A stretch of 59,531 bases of DNA from Malassezia furfur (lineage: Eukaryota). The stretch is from NCBI GenBank assembly GCA_052055015.1, contig JBQJIT010000022.1; one strand, given 5' to 3'. Shown one piece after another: positions 12,385 through 22,916 of the stretch (positions within the stretch are counted from its first letter, which is position 1; every line of letters begins with the position of its first letter). The translations under genes were made by a program, and so were the position numbers. The notes under the pieces were generated by a model. That model had not been told where the DNA came from, made no database searches, and saw nothing but the letters and a program-made list of their open reading frames with translations.

Positions 12385-12999
12385 ATGTCGCATTACTCGG
12401 CGGTTGCCAAGGCGCGATCACGGCGTGTGCCGTCGTCCAGTGGGCTGCTGAGCACGCCCAGTTATACCGGAACGCGCGCGCCTGCGCCGCCGCACGCGGA
12501 GCTCAGTGAGGACCAGCGTGCCGAAATCCAGGAAGCCTTCGAGTTGTTCGACACGGACAAGGACGGCGCGATTGACTACCACGAGCTCAAGGTAGCGATG
12601 CGCGCACTTGGGTTTGACCTCAAGAAGCCCGAGCTGCTCAAGATCCTGCGCGAAAACGACGCGAGTGGGTCAGGACTGATGGAGTGGAAGGACTTTGAGC
12701 GGATCTGTACGTGGCGCGCCACTTACCCCTAGTGACGGAGCGCATTCTCTCGCGCGATCCCAGAGAAGAGATTCGGCGCGCATTTGCGCTGTTTGACGAC
12801 GACGGCACGGGCAAGATTAGCCTGCGCAACCTGAAACGCGTCGCGAAAGAGCTCGGAGAGAACCTGGACGACGAGGAACTGTGCGTAACTATGAGCCGTA
12901 TACTTATGCAGCCAAGCTATGATTGACGAGTTTGACCTGGACCAGGACGGCGAGATTAATGCAAGCGAATTTGAGCAAATCATGATGGACGAACCGTGA
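12385..12999 (+). CDS. CDC31: Centrin
   Basis: [53 protein letters not shown] and [13 protein letters not shown]. Introns 12707-12732 and 12881-12911. Confidence 0.95.
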
Positions 13000-13068
13000 C
13001 CATAGCGCGTCCTACTTGTAATACACACCTCCACCCAAACCCCGCCGACCGCCTCCACGACCGTCGTC

Positions 13069-13434
13069 ATGGCCGGCGGACGCAACCAGTACTATGAGTT
13101 CTACCGGCAGAGCAGGTAGGTTGTTGTGCGCTTACATGGCATCGGGATGCAGCTCACGGATGCGCTCGACGAACTGATCCAGTCGGGCCACATCAACCCG
13201 ATCCTCGCCATGAAGGTGTTGGAGCAGTTCGACAAGTCGATCTCGGAGACGCTTGCGACGCAGGTTAAGTCGAAGGGCAACGTCAAGGGTCACCTGCACA
13301 ACTACCGCCTGTGTGACGAGGTGTGGACGTTTATCGTGAAAGATGCCATGTTTAAGCTGGACAACGGCGAGACGCTCCCGGTGGACCGCGTCAAAATTGT
13401 GGCGTGCAAGCTGGGCGAGAACAACACGCGGTAG
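13069..13434 (+). CDS. TOA2: Transcription initiation factor IIA gamma (small) subunit
   Basis: YYEFYRQS|SIGMQLTDALDELI...LEQFDKS...YRLCDEVWTF...KIVAC. Requires removal of 13116-13139, which ends in GG rather than AG. Confidence 0.93.
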
Positions 13435-13475
13435 CGCCGCATAGGAGGAATGTGCATACGTAAACTTACATGTTG

Positions 13476-15559
13476 CTATGTTTGTTGCTGCTGCGACACC
13501 GTCGCTTGGTTCAGGCCCGTAAACATGTCAGAAAAGGGGGTAGAGTCCGATGCGGGGAGCAGGCCGATGGTGGCGTCGTTCCCCGTGACACTCGCGGATA
13601 CAGCCATGGAGTCCATCGGCACTGAGAAAGCCACGTCGCTCTTTTTGAGCGGTGCCCCGGTGGGAGCGTTCGCAGACTGCGTCAGCGCCGCAAAGATGGG
13701 CGTCTGGGGATGAGAGGCAGGAAGAGAGGCAGGAAGCAATGTGTGCGAAAGGATCGCATCGAGCGTTTTGGGATCGTAGTCAGGACGGTTGGGCGGCAGC
13801 GCCATGGGCGCCGCGGGTGGGCGCGCGAGGTAGTCGCCCGGCAGCGGCACAGCCGGATTTGGTGCAGCGTTCACCGCCGTGGCCGGCAGCAGTGGCGCGC
13901 CCGGCGCGGTAGTGGGCACCGTCTGCAAGTCCGGCACAGGGGCCGGCTTGCGCACACCCGGTCGTACGTCGGCGGTGGCGGCCGCAGCGGCCAGCACCAC
14001 TGAGTGCGGCACGCCGTCGACCGTCTGGGGCGCATAGGCAGGAGCCGCGTCTGCCGGTGTGCTCTGCGGGAGGTTGGCCAGGACGCCCGCAAGCCGGTTG
14101 CTCTGCGATGGCGGTTCCAGCGCACTGACCTCGTCCTGCAGCGCTGGGCGTTTGTGCGCACGGCGGTGCACCCCCGGACGGGAGCCGCCTCCACTTCCGC
14201 GACTGGGCGGGACCATGTTGGGGTCGCCCGTGGGCTCGACCGTGACGACGGTGCCGTCCTTGGCGCGCTTGCGTTTGTTCGACAAGGAACGCGCATAGCG
14301 CAGGCCACATGCATTGCAAAGCTGGGTCAGTGGGTGCGACGTACGGTTTTGTGCCCAGATGGACCGCGCCGCCATTCGGGGCTGTTGCTTTTCCCGCAGC
14401 TCGAGCACGACTTGGTGGGCGCTGCGCCCGTGGCTGCGGTTGCGAGAGATGCGACGTTGTTGTGCGCCGATGGGCTTGCATCCGCTTTGGTCGACTGTGC
14501 GTGCGGCAACGAAGACTGCGCCTGCGCAGACTCGACCGGGACCGCCGCATGCGTCTCCGACTTCCACTCACTCTCGCTTAACGTGCACTGGCCGTTGGCA
14601 GCAGAGCCGTTTTGGTCGGCGAGCTTGGCCCGCTGCGGCGCCGCAGCGCCCTTGCTCGGCTCGGAGCTGGGCCGATCGCTCGTCACCTCGAAGCACGCAA
14701 GCACGATCGACCCGTACGGAATGAGCACGCTCGAGATGGTACGTACGCGTCCCGACGCCGTGAGTGTATGCGACGCACGGAACCGCTGCGTACAGCTCGT
14801 CGTGCCGCCTGCCCCTGCCGCGGGGCCTGCATGGATGCCCTGGACGAGCCGTGCAAAGTCCTCCGCGTGGTAGGCATCTGACTCGTGCTTGCCCTGCACG
14901 GCCTCAGGCGGAGGCCAGCTGAGTAGGATCTGGCGTTGCGGCGCATTGCCGAGCACCTCGAACACGTAGTGCAGCGGGCGCGTCAAGTGTTCCTGACTCG
15001 CGGCGTACAGCTGGCGCCACAGCTGCTGCGACTGTGCTGCGTCGAATGCGTGCGTAGTGTTTCCACAGTGCGTAGACGACGGCGCATCCGACGTCGAGAT
15101 CGTGTGGAAGAAGCACAGCGCGAGTCGGTCGCCGACCATGTTGACTACCACGTCGGTCGGCTTATACTCGGCGGCCACATCTGTGGCGCGCGGCGCGCTG
15201 CTGAGCATGCGTTGTATGTGAGCCGTGCTTGCATATCGGCACCGTGTCACGCTGCCAAACAGCGTGCGGCTCTGCACGATGCGCGCCAAGTCGCTCCGTG
15301 CATGCGCACGTTCGTCGGCGTGCACAAAGTCGGTAAACTGGCGCCCGAGGATCGCATGTGCCACGGATCCGAGCTCGCGCTGGGCGTCGGGGTCCACGTA
15401 CACAAACTTGAGCTGGCCCTGTGTCGCCTCCGACGCGTCTTGCTCGGTCGGCCTCGAGAGCAGCGCCCAGAAGCAGCGGGACACGTCACCTTCGCTCGAC
15501 GGCTGTGCGCCGCTGCTCGGCGCCAACACCGACGACTCGTCAGTCCCCTCGGCCTTCAT
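13476..15559 (-). CDS. PAS-like domain + GATA zinc-finger transcription factor
   Basis: PAS-like FVYVDP...ILGRQFTDFVHADE. A 23-nt intron at 14322-14344 completes CSSCGKSNSPEWRRGPSGHKT|LCNACGLRY. First in-frame ATG is at 15559. Confidence 0.85.
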
Positions 15560-15734
15560 TTGGAAGAGGCAAGGATATGGTATCGGTTGTGGCGCTGCAC
15601 GGGTCGTTGTTTCCAAGCACGATCCGTGTCAAGCGCCCCTCTGAAGCGTTGGCGGGAGTGCACAGCGCGACGAAGCGACGTCTTACGTAAGAGGTGCTTC
15701 GCCGCGACGCGACACCTATAGGCGCGCCGCCGCG

Positions 15735-16378
15735 ATGCGCATCCAGATCCACGCCGGGCAGGGCCCACGGCGCGCCGACGACTGCCCGCCACCACCTCCT
15801 CCGCTCGCTCGCCTGACCCCGAATGGTGAGCTGGTCTTGATCGAGCTGCAGGGTTCCCTGGAAATGGACGGCATCGACCCGGAAGGCGGCCAAACCATTG
15901 GCGTGCTGCGCTTCCCAGAGGGTCGCGAGGTACGTGCACGCCGCTCACGCAGGACAAGCCTGTACTCCAGATCTCCCATCACCTGCTCGAGGGGAAAATC
16001 GTCACGCTCCCGCGGCCCATCGCGGTGCTCGAAAAACGCGTCACTCCAGCCGACCAGGTTGAGAGCGACATCGAGTCTGAGGACGACGCCGGCCTGTCGC
16101 CACCAACGAGCCCGGGACCCGCGTCTCCTTCGCAGCTCGCTAAGCGTGCGCAAATGGAGCCTCCTAGCACGCCGACCAAGCCGAGGGACGTGCTTAGCAG
16201 CAGCCCGATGCCGGAACGCGCTCCTCGGTACTCCGATGGGCACCTCGACTTCTCGTCGCCGCAACCCGGGCGCGGCAAAAAGCCCGCGACCGTCACATCC
16301 TATCACGTCGTCACTCTAGTGCGGCAAAAAGTGCTCTTCGCCAAGCGCCCAGAGCCCATTGTCCAGTTGAGTTCATAA
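15735..16378 (+). CDS. CTF8: Ctf18-RFC subunit Ctf8
   Basis: LIELQGSLE...IGVL, then a 23-nt intron at 15930-15952, then HHLLEGKIVTLPRPIAVL...KVLFAKRPEPI. Confidence 0.85.
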
Positions 16379-16394
16379 TGTACAGACCCCCTGC

Positions 16395-17268
16395 CTACAA
16401 CAACTCCACACGCCGCTGCTGCAGAAAGGCGCGGATGTCGCGGTATTGGAGGAGATGAATAGTGCCTTGCGCAAGCTGCGCCGTCTCGTCGCTGGGTGAG
16501 TGTGGGCCGCACGTACTTGGGCAGCGGCAGTGCGCCGCAGTCTTCGCGGCAATAAACAAATACGGGTGCGCTCAGGTTCGGTGCCGTCACTGGGTCAGCA
16601 TTAGCACCTACCCATCCCGCCTGGAGCATTGCTGGACGCCGCACCAGGGGCTGCATCGTCCAGGCCACGCATTGGCTCCGGAAGAAACTGGAGCACGGTA
16701 CTTTGGAAATGGTCCGTATTCAGTTGGTGGAATCTGGGTGAGCCAGGCCGACGTACCGGCGCGCATAGCCCAACTCGATGTCACTCAGCCGCTGCTGCTC
16801 CGACCGATGCGACATGATATATGCAGCGTACGTTTCAATCTGGATCAGACCAACACGTACCTTGGCAAGCCGAGAGCGCAGATAGTTGCGGAGAAGCCAC
16901 TTGGCCCGCTCCACGTCGAGCTGCACCAAATTGAGCCGGAAATGCTCCTCCTCGGACGTAGATGCGTCGGAAGCAAGCGAGTCGAGGATCGACTGCTGCT
17001 GTGCAATCTGATCCATGACTTCTTCCACCATGGATGCATTCCACGGCTGCACCTCGGGGGAGCCGCGCTCGTCGAGCCACGCGTGCGCCAGGCGCACAAT
17101 GCTCGATCGGGTCTCGCCGAGAGGCTCCTCCTTGATGTCCAGACCAAGCGGGAGCGCCTCGGGGCTCGACCGCGTGTTTTCCTTGATCGACGCATATGAC
17201 GACGATGGTTGTGTGGGACGAGGCACCTCGTCCTCGTCATCGGACAGCGCATAGCGTGCATGCGACAT
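16395..17268 (-). CDS. SLD5: GINS complex subunit Sld5, 5 exons
   Basis: AWLDERGSPEVQP, DVERAKWLLRNYLRSRLAK|IE and PNLSAPVFV. Introns 16840-16860, 16734-16756, 16590-16611 and 16492-16516. Confidence 0.88.
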
Positions 17269-17332
17269 GATGGTGCGCGCGCGCCGGCCGCGTCAATCGA
17301 TCGGGGAAGGTCCGTGTCGAATCGGGCCCACC

Positions 17333-18980
17333 ATGTCCGCCGACTTTGTGCCGCAGCTGCACACTCTCGACGCAGTGTATGCGCCCGCATCCCAGGAACA
17401 GGAGACTCAGCGTTGGAAGGCCCTTCAGGAAAAGTTTGCAGAGCTGTATGGCCGCCCGGCAGATTTTGTCGCGCGTGCGCCGGGCCGCGTCAACTTGATC
17501 GGCGAGTACGTACCCCACTAACCTAGGCACGTCGACTTTGTAGGCTACAGGTATGTGGTGTCACTGACGAAGCGTGTTTCCAGCCGCAATTGACAAGGAC
17601 ATTCTCATGGCCACGGCTATGATCCCGGGCAAGCCGGGAGATGCGTTGCAAGTGACGCTGCACAACGTTGCCCCACGCTTTGCAACGACCGTCTTTACGT
17701 GCGACATCCACAACCCCTCCTCGGTGCAGCTCACGCACGAGGGCGACACGCGCTGGGCAAACTACTTCAAAGTCGCGCTCCAGGGCTTGCAACCCCACCT
17801 GCCGTCCGAGGCACTGGCGCACGGTTCGGGACAGCTTCTGGTATTGGTGGACGGCAGCGTGCCTCCTGAAAGCAGTTTGAGCTCAAGTGCGGCTATGACG
17901 ACGTGCAGCAGCATTGTCGTATTGACCGCATTGGGTGCGCGCAACCGCATTTCCCGGAAAGAAATGACCGAAGTTGCGATTGAGAGCGAACGCTTGGTGG
18001 GCGTCAACTCGGGCGGGATGGATCAGGCGGTGTCGGTGTTTGGTGTGCGGGACCACGCCATCTACGTATCCTTTGTCCCATCGTTGGAAACGCAGCCCGT
18101 TCGTCTTCCGGGCGCACAGAACGAAGCGTTCGCGTTCGTTGTCTCCAATACACTCGTGGCATCCGACAAAAAGGTCTCGGGACCGGTCCAGTACAATTTG
18201 CGGGTCGTGGAAACCCGCTTGGCTGCCGCCCTCCTTGCACAGGCATTGGGGGTGGATGCAGACGTGCCGACCTTGAAGCCAAGCTACCGCAATACGCTTC
18301 GTGCTGTGGCCGATGCGTATTTCGCAACCCAACCGGAGGCATGGGAAGCGTTGCTCCAGAACCAGGAAATCAAAGAAATCCACGATACAATTGGTAAGGA
18401 ATCGGCACAGCTTCAGGCAATGCTGCTGTTGGTGGACAAGTACATTCCGCGCAATGGACTCACGCGCGAAGAACTTGAGAATAAGCTCCAGCTGTCCAGC
18501 GACGCGTTCCACGAAAAGTTTTTGTCTGCTTTCCCCGTACGCGCAGACTACTTCTTTTTGCATGCACGCGCAACGCATGTGTATTCCGAGGCTCAGCGCG
18601 TGTTGAAATTCAAGGCGCTCTGTGACCATGCCAATTCAGCTGAGCAGGTCGACGCTCTGACTATTTACACCAAGTTGGGCTTGCTCATGAATGCAAGCCA
18701 CGAGAGTCTGCGCACCAATTACGACTGCAGCTGCCCTGAGCTGAATGCGGTCGTCGAGATCGCGCGCAAGCATGGCTCGCTTGGCTCGCGCCTGACGGGC
18801 GCAGGCTGGGGAGGATGTGCCGTGCACTTGGTTGCCTTTGCCAAGTTGCCGTCGGTTCTTGACGCGCTTACTCGGGAGTATTACAACACCAAGTTCCCGG
18901 ATCTGGACAAGAAGCAGCTTGCCGATGCGCTTTTTGCCACGCAACCGGCCCAAGGCGCTTGCGTTTACACAGAAAAATAG
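17333..18980 (+). CDS. GAL1: Galactokinase-family GHMP kinase
   Basis: RAPGRVNLIGE|HVDFVGYS|VFP across introns 17506-17526 and 17551-17572. Also WANY, LSSSAA, GVNSGGMDQ, YNLRVVE and GSRLTGAGWGG. Confidence 0.9.
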
Positions 18981-18998
18981 ACAGATGTATATCAACAG

Positions 18999-19937
18999 CT
19001 ACTGTGTTGGGTATAACCACGTAGGGTAGGGTGCCATCCCTTGCGGTACCATCATCGGGTTGGCAGCGTACATTCCCGGCGCATAATGCATGTCCGTCGG
19101 CACGGGTGGCATGTAAGAGGTCATGGGCGTGTACGAGGGAACAAAGGCCATAGTCGCCGATGGATAAGGCACTGCCGAGGGCATTGCGTAATTTGCGTGT
19201 ACGAGGGGTGGTCCATCTTGGAGATCAAGCAGGTCGGAATACACTGAAGGAGGGGCCGACGATCCCGAGGAAGGCTGAGTAGGTGGGGCAGATGCCTGGA
19301 TATGAGGAGCGGAAGCCTCAGATTGCGCCTTGGGAACTGCTGGATCCACATAGCCACTGGTGCTGAAGGCTCCGGCCCCCGTACTCACATGTGTAGTTGT
19401 CGTTGCAGCACTTGCGGCAGATGGTTGGTGTGGAACGTTTTGGCTAGCACCCAGCATGTGCCGCGAGACGGGACGGCGGGATAAATCTGATCTCTCTGCA
19501 GCCGAGGGATGGCGCGTTTGTAATCGGGATGATCCGGTACTCTGCACAGGATCTTTACGCACAAAGTCTCGGCGCTCGTATTTCCGCCGGATGTAGACCT
19601 CCAGTTCGCCACGCACCCCGGGATCGATATCAGTGGGCGGTGGATGTCTCGATGGTTCCGGGTTGTAATACTGGTTGCTCCGCACATTCCCGACTTCGCG
19701 CATATGTGCTACCTCTTCGCGACTCCATGGTTCGTGAGTCAGGGACTTGACTTGCGAGAGAGGACCGTCCAAACGGCGGTGCACTGTGGCGCAAGATGCG
19801 CATAGAAAAATGCCGAGACTTGTGCTGGCCCATCGAGGGAATCGCGCCGAGCAATCGGCGCATCGGTCGTTTCCTGATTCTTTTGACAATTCGAAAACGC
19901 TGCGCTGTTGCCTTTCCAGATGCGCCAAGGACTGCAT
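18999..19937 (-). CDS. ArfGAP zinc-finger protein (Age2/SMAP-like)
   Basis: N-x2-CADC...PRWAS..LGIFLC..C..VHR motif, YIRRKYE, and a Pro/Met-rich tail. Confidence 0.9.
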   Translation of the reverse strand: MQSLAHLERQQRSVFELSKESGNDRCADCSARFPRWASTSLGIFLCASCATVHRRLDGPLSQVKSLTHEPWSREEVAHMREVGNVRSNQYYNPEPSRHPPPTDIDPGVRGELEVYIRRKYERRDFVRKDPVQSTGSSRLQTRHPSAAERSDLSRRPVSRHMLGASQNVPHQPSAASAATTTTHVSTGAGAFSTSGYVDPAVPKAQSEASAPHIQASAPPTQPSSGSSAPPSVYSDLLDLQDGPPLVHANYAMPSAVPYPSATMAFVPSYTPMTSYMPPVPTDMHYAPGMYAANPMMVPQGMAPYPTWLYPTQ

Positions 19938-20183
19938 ATTGATGCCAGAATGCAGGTGGGGACGCGGGACATCTGTAAATAAATCATGACTTGATATTCG
20001 TGCGTGGGCGGTGTCAATTTATCGCATTGTACCAATAAAAAAAGGGCCGGATAAGATTTAATCCAAATTAAACCTCATTGTGCATGGAAATGTGGGGATG
20101 GACCCATTGCGACATAGTGCTGTGCAATCAGATGATCACAAGTATTTAAACACTAACGGGTCCCGACGTGTTCTTTACCCACC

Positions 20184-20945
20184 ATGGTTGCCTCTCCTAC
20201 GCCTATTCCGGAGCCACGGAACCGCCGGTCTGATCCATTGGATATCCCGCGGTCGCCGGCGAGCGGCGCGCCCCTGTCTCGCTCGCCCTTTAGCGCGCTG
20301 GCCCAGGGCAGTCTGGGGACGAGTCTATCGCCAACCAAGTACTATACGCCTTATCAAGCCACTATCGCCTCACAATGGAAAAGCGCACGTCACAATAGCA
20401 TCAGCAAGATGCCGTCGCAGACCTCGTCGCTCTCTGTCCCGTCGGACCCCAATATGTATGCTTCGAGTGCACCGTCCTCTCGCCCCTCTGGATGGCCCAC
20501 TCTGCCCCGCTATGATGCAACCAAGCTGCCTGACTCGACCAATGCAAATGCATCGGCCAATGGCACACCATTTACCAAGTTGTACCGCCAGCTGAGCAAC
20601 TCCCGTCGACGCAGTCCTCCGACAGCGACGGCAACCGAGAATGCGGGGTTCAGCACCAGTTATGGGAGCAGCACTTCGGAGTCACCAATGACTCCGCAGA
20701 GCCAGCAAGGATTTGAATACGCGCCTTCGCGCCGGTATGCTGAACGCCTAGAGCATGTCGACGCAGACGGGATTTGGAGTCAACCGGACACACATCATGT
20801 GGACAGCTGTGTGTTCAAGAGCCCAGAAAGCAATGAAGAGCCGACGTTCCGACGGTCGTTGCAACGCCACCTCTCGTCTCATTCCAAACGCAGACCAAGT
20901 CCTATGGGAGAACGACTGCTCATGGGCCACTTGGATACGCAGTAA
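20184..20945 (+). CDS. Hypothetical Ser-rich protein with C-terminal RRPSPMGERLLMGHLD motif
   Basis: 253-aa ORF flanked by AT-richer non-coding DNA. Confidence 0.7.
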   Translation: MVASPTPIPEPRNRRSDPLDIPRSPASGAPLSRSPFSALAQGSLGTSLSPTKYYTPYQATIASQWKSARHNSISKMPSQTSSLSVPSDPNMYASSAPSSRPSGWPTLPRYDATKLPDSTNANASANGTPFTKLYRQLSNSRRRSPPTATATENAGFSTSYGSSTSESPMTPQSQQGFEYAPSRRYAERLEHVDADGIWSQPDTHHVDSCVFKSPESNEEPTFRRSLQRHLSSHSKRRPSPMGERLLMGHLDTQ

Positions 20946-21032
20946 AAAAAGGGAACCAGCCGGGATTGTCAACGCGCCGTTGTACACTTGTCGCACCACC
21001 ACTTGTAAATATTGATGGGGATCCTGCCATGA

Positions 21033-21047
21033 TTTTTTTTTTTTTTT
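21033..21047 (+). repeat. Poly(dT) tract (T15) in a convergent intergenic region
   Basis: Direct reading of the sequence. Confidence 0.85.
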
Positions 21048-21295
21048 CGGTTGAACGGTCTACAGCGGATTTGTGCGTTGCATACAAGTTAGATTTGGTA
21101 TCACAAAAAAGGCCCTTTCCCAAGTCTTGCCTGCGTTGCCTGTGTCTGTGCCTGCAGCACTATAGTCGTGGTGCACATGTATAGCCCATCTGGGAGAACG
21201 TATTGGTAGTTTCATGGCGTAGCTACCCAGACACGGGCAGAAGCGCACGTCAAAAGTAGAGTAGGCGACCGCTGGACTCGTATGCTATCAATACA

Positions 21296-22876
21296 CTACT
21301 TGGATGGCGCTGGAGACGCAGTTCCCGTGGTCGCCGGCGTCTCGGACTCTTGCTTTGGGGCCTGCTCCGTCGGCTGCTCGGGAGCGACACCTGACTCGAG
21401 AGCTTGGAGTCGCTCTTGCGCAATGCGGTATTCTGCCTCGACCCGATCCAACTGTTTCTTCATTTCTAGGCCGCCTGCCACGGCCCCCAGTAGAGTCTCC
21501 CACTTCTCCACGTTGGTCGCCGTCGGGTACACGAGACGGGACCCGATCGGAGGATGCAGCTCCGATAAAGCCTGCACCGCGCGGGTGTATTGGTTGGGGC
21601 GGAATGTCAGCATCCGCATAGAGCGCAAATAAGCACCATGGTGCGCGTTACTCTCTGCCTTGGTGCCCTGTGCACCCGACGCAGCGACCGGGGGCAAAGC
21701 CGACGGTGTGCCGATCAAGTTGGGATACGGCGTGCGCAGCACATTGGGGGCATTGGGCGTAAACCGCGTAATAAAGTGCTGAGCATCGAACAGCGCCTGT
21801 TTCGCATCGCCTTTCGCCGAGCCCGCAGTGGCGCCCGCCTCAGTCTTGCGACGCTTCTTGTTGTCGGGCTCCTCCGTCACACCCGGGGTCCAGAGCAGGC
21901 CGGCGCCCGTCGCTGCCACATTACGGCTCGAACAATTGGGCAACGCTTCCCAGCCGCCGAGGAGGCGGAGGAGATCGTCCCGCTCTTTGGCAAACTTGGC
22001 TTCGTTCTGCTCGAGTCGACGCGTCTCGACGTAGAGTGCCTCTTCTTCTGCCAGCTGTTCCGGCGTCCGCGAGAACAGCTTTTCCACGGCACGCTTGCGT
22101 TCCACCTCTTGGTTGCGGTCGAAGGCAAATGTTTGGAGCTGTGCCTGACGCGTCTCGAGATCGTCGTTGCTGATACGCTCGCGCAGGAGACGCCGGGCGA
22201 TGGTATAATAGCGCGATTTCAGATCCTCGATGCTTCGCTGTTTCCCTGGCCATTCGTAGCGGTCGGCGATCACGATGAAACGCAGGTCGTACATCTCGCA
22301 CATGCCGATCAGGTAGTCAGTCTCGTCCTTCGTCCAGTCATCGTCGCGCAGGTGTTGGTTGTATTCCTCGGTGGAGTAGTGGAAGACTTGCGACGAGGTG
22401 TTGAAGGGCGACCATGCGTCTTCGAGGCGCGCCTCATCTCCCTCCTCCTCATTGGGGACGACCGGGCGCCAGTGGTGCAGGACAAGCCCATGGCCCTTGT
22501 CCTCGTCTAGCACATTCGGCTGTGTGTCGCTCCGGGCTGGATTGCGGAACGGCGACCACATCCACTTGCGGACCGCAACTGCGTTCGACTTCCGCACAAA
22601 CTTGGGACGAAATGCACGCTGTGCATTCATACCTGGGTTCTCGATGCCCTCAAGTGTGGTGAGCGCTCCATTTCCGCCGGAGCCCATGACGAGGCTGGGT
22701 GCGTTGGGACCCAGCAGGGCATAGAGCTCACGCGACATGCCCTCTGGGCGCTGCTTTGGCCGCGCGTCCCCCGGCATAGGTGGGGGTGCCCTGGCCTGTG
22801 TCCTGCTTGGCCCGGATTCATTGCCGGCAGGCCGATTCGGCAGCGACAGAATGTCGCGCACGTCGTTCGAGGTCAT
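21296..22876 (-). CDS. SWC4: SWR1/NuA4 subunit Swc4 (Eaf2/DMAP1)
   Basis: MTSNDVRDIL, RELYALLG, PFRNPARSD, SANT domain WTKDETDYL...YDLRFIVIADRY, and RTPEQLAEEEAL. Confidence 0.92.
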   Translation of the reverse strand: MTSNDVRDILSLPNRPAGNESGPSRTQARAPPPMPGDARPKQRPEGMSRELYALLGPNAPSLVMGSGGNGALTTLEGIENPGMNAQRAFRPKFVRKSNAVAVRKWMWSPFRNPARSDTQPNVLDEDKGHGLVLHHWRPVVPNEEEGDEARLEDAWSPFNTSSQVFHYSTEEYNQHLRDDDWTKDETDYLIGMCEMYDLRFIVIADRYEWPGKQRSIEDLKSRYYTIARRLLRERISNDDLETRQAQLQTFAFDRNQEVERKRAVEKLFSRTPEQLAEEEALYVETRRLEQNEAKFAKERDDLLRLLGGWEALPNCSSRNVAATGAGLLWTPGVTEEPDNKKRRKTEAGATAGSAKGDAKQALFDAQHFITRFTPNAPNVLRTPYPNLIGTPSALPPVAASGAQGTKAESNAHHGAYLRSMRMLTFRPNQYTRAVQALSELHPPIGSRLVYPTATNVEKWETLLGAVAGGLEMKKQLDRVEAEYRIAQERLQALESGVAPEQPTEQAPKQESETPATTGTASPAPSK

Positions 22877-22898
22877 CGGCGTCGTCGCGGAGGGAGAC

Positions 22899-22906
22899 TC
22901 ACGTGA
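22899..22906. promoter_or_regulatory. TCACGTGA palindrome (E-box/Cbf1-type site) in the 40-bp gap between the divergent SWC4 and CAB2 start codons
   Basis: Exact 8-bp palindrome. The same core recurs in many other gaps (see findings). Confidence 0.6.
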
Positions 22907-22916
22907 TCCCACCAGC

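Noticed and set aside
19940..21290. AT-richer stretches as a possible centromere
   Set aside because: They are too short, not AT-rich enough, and interrupted by an intact gene.
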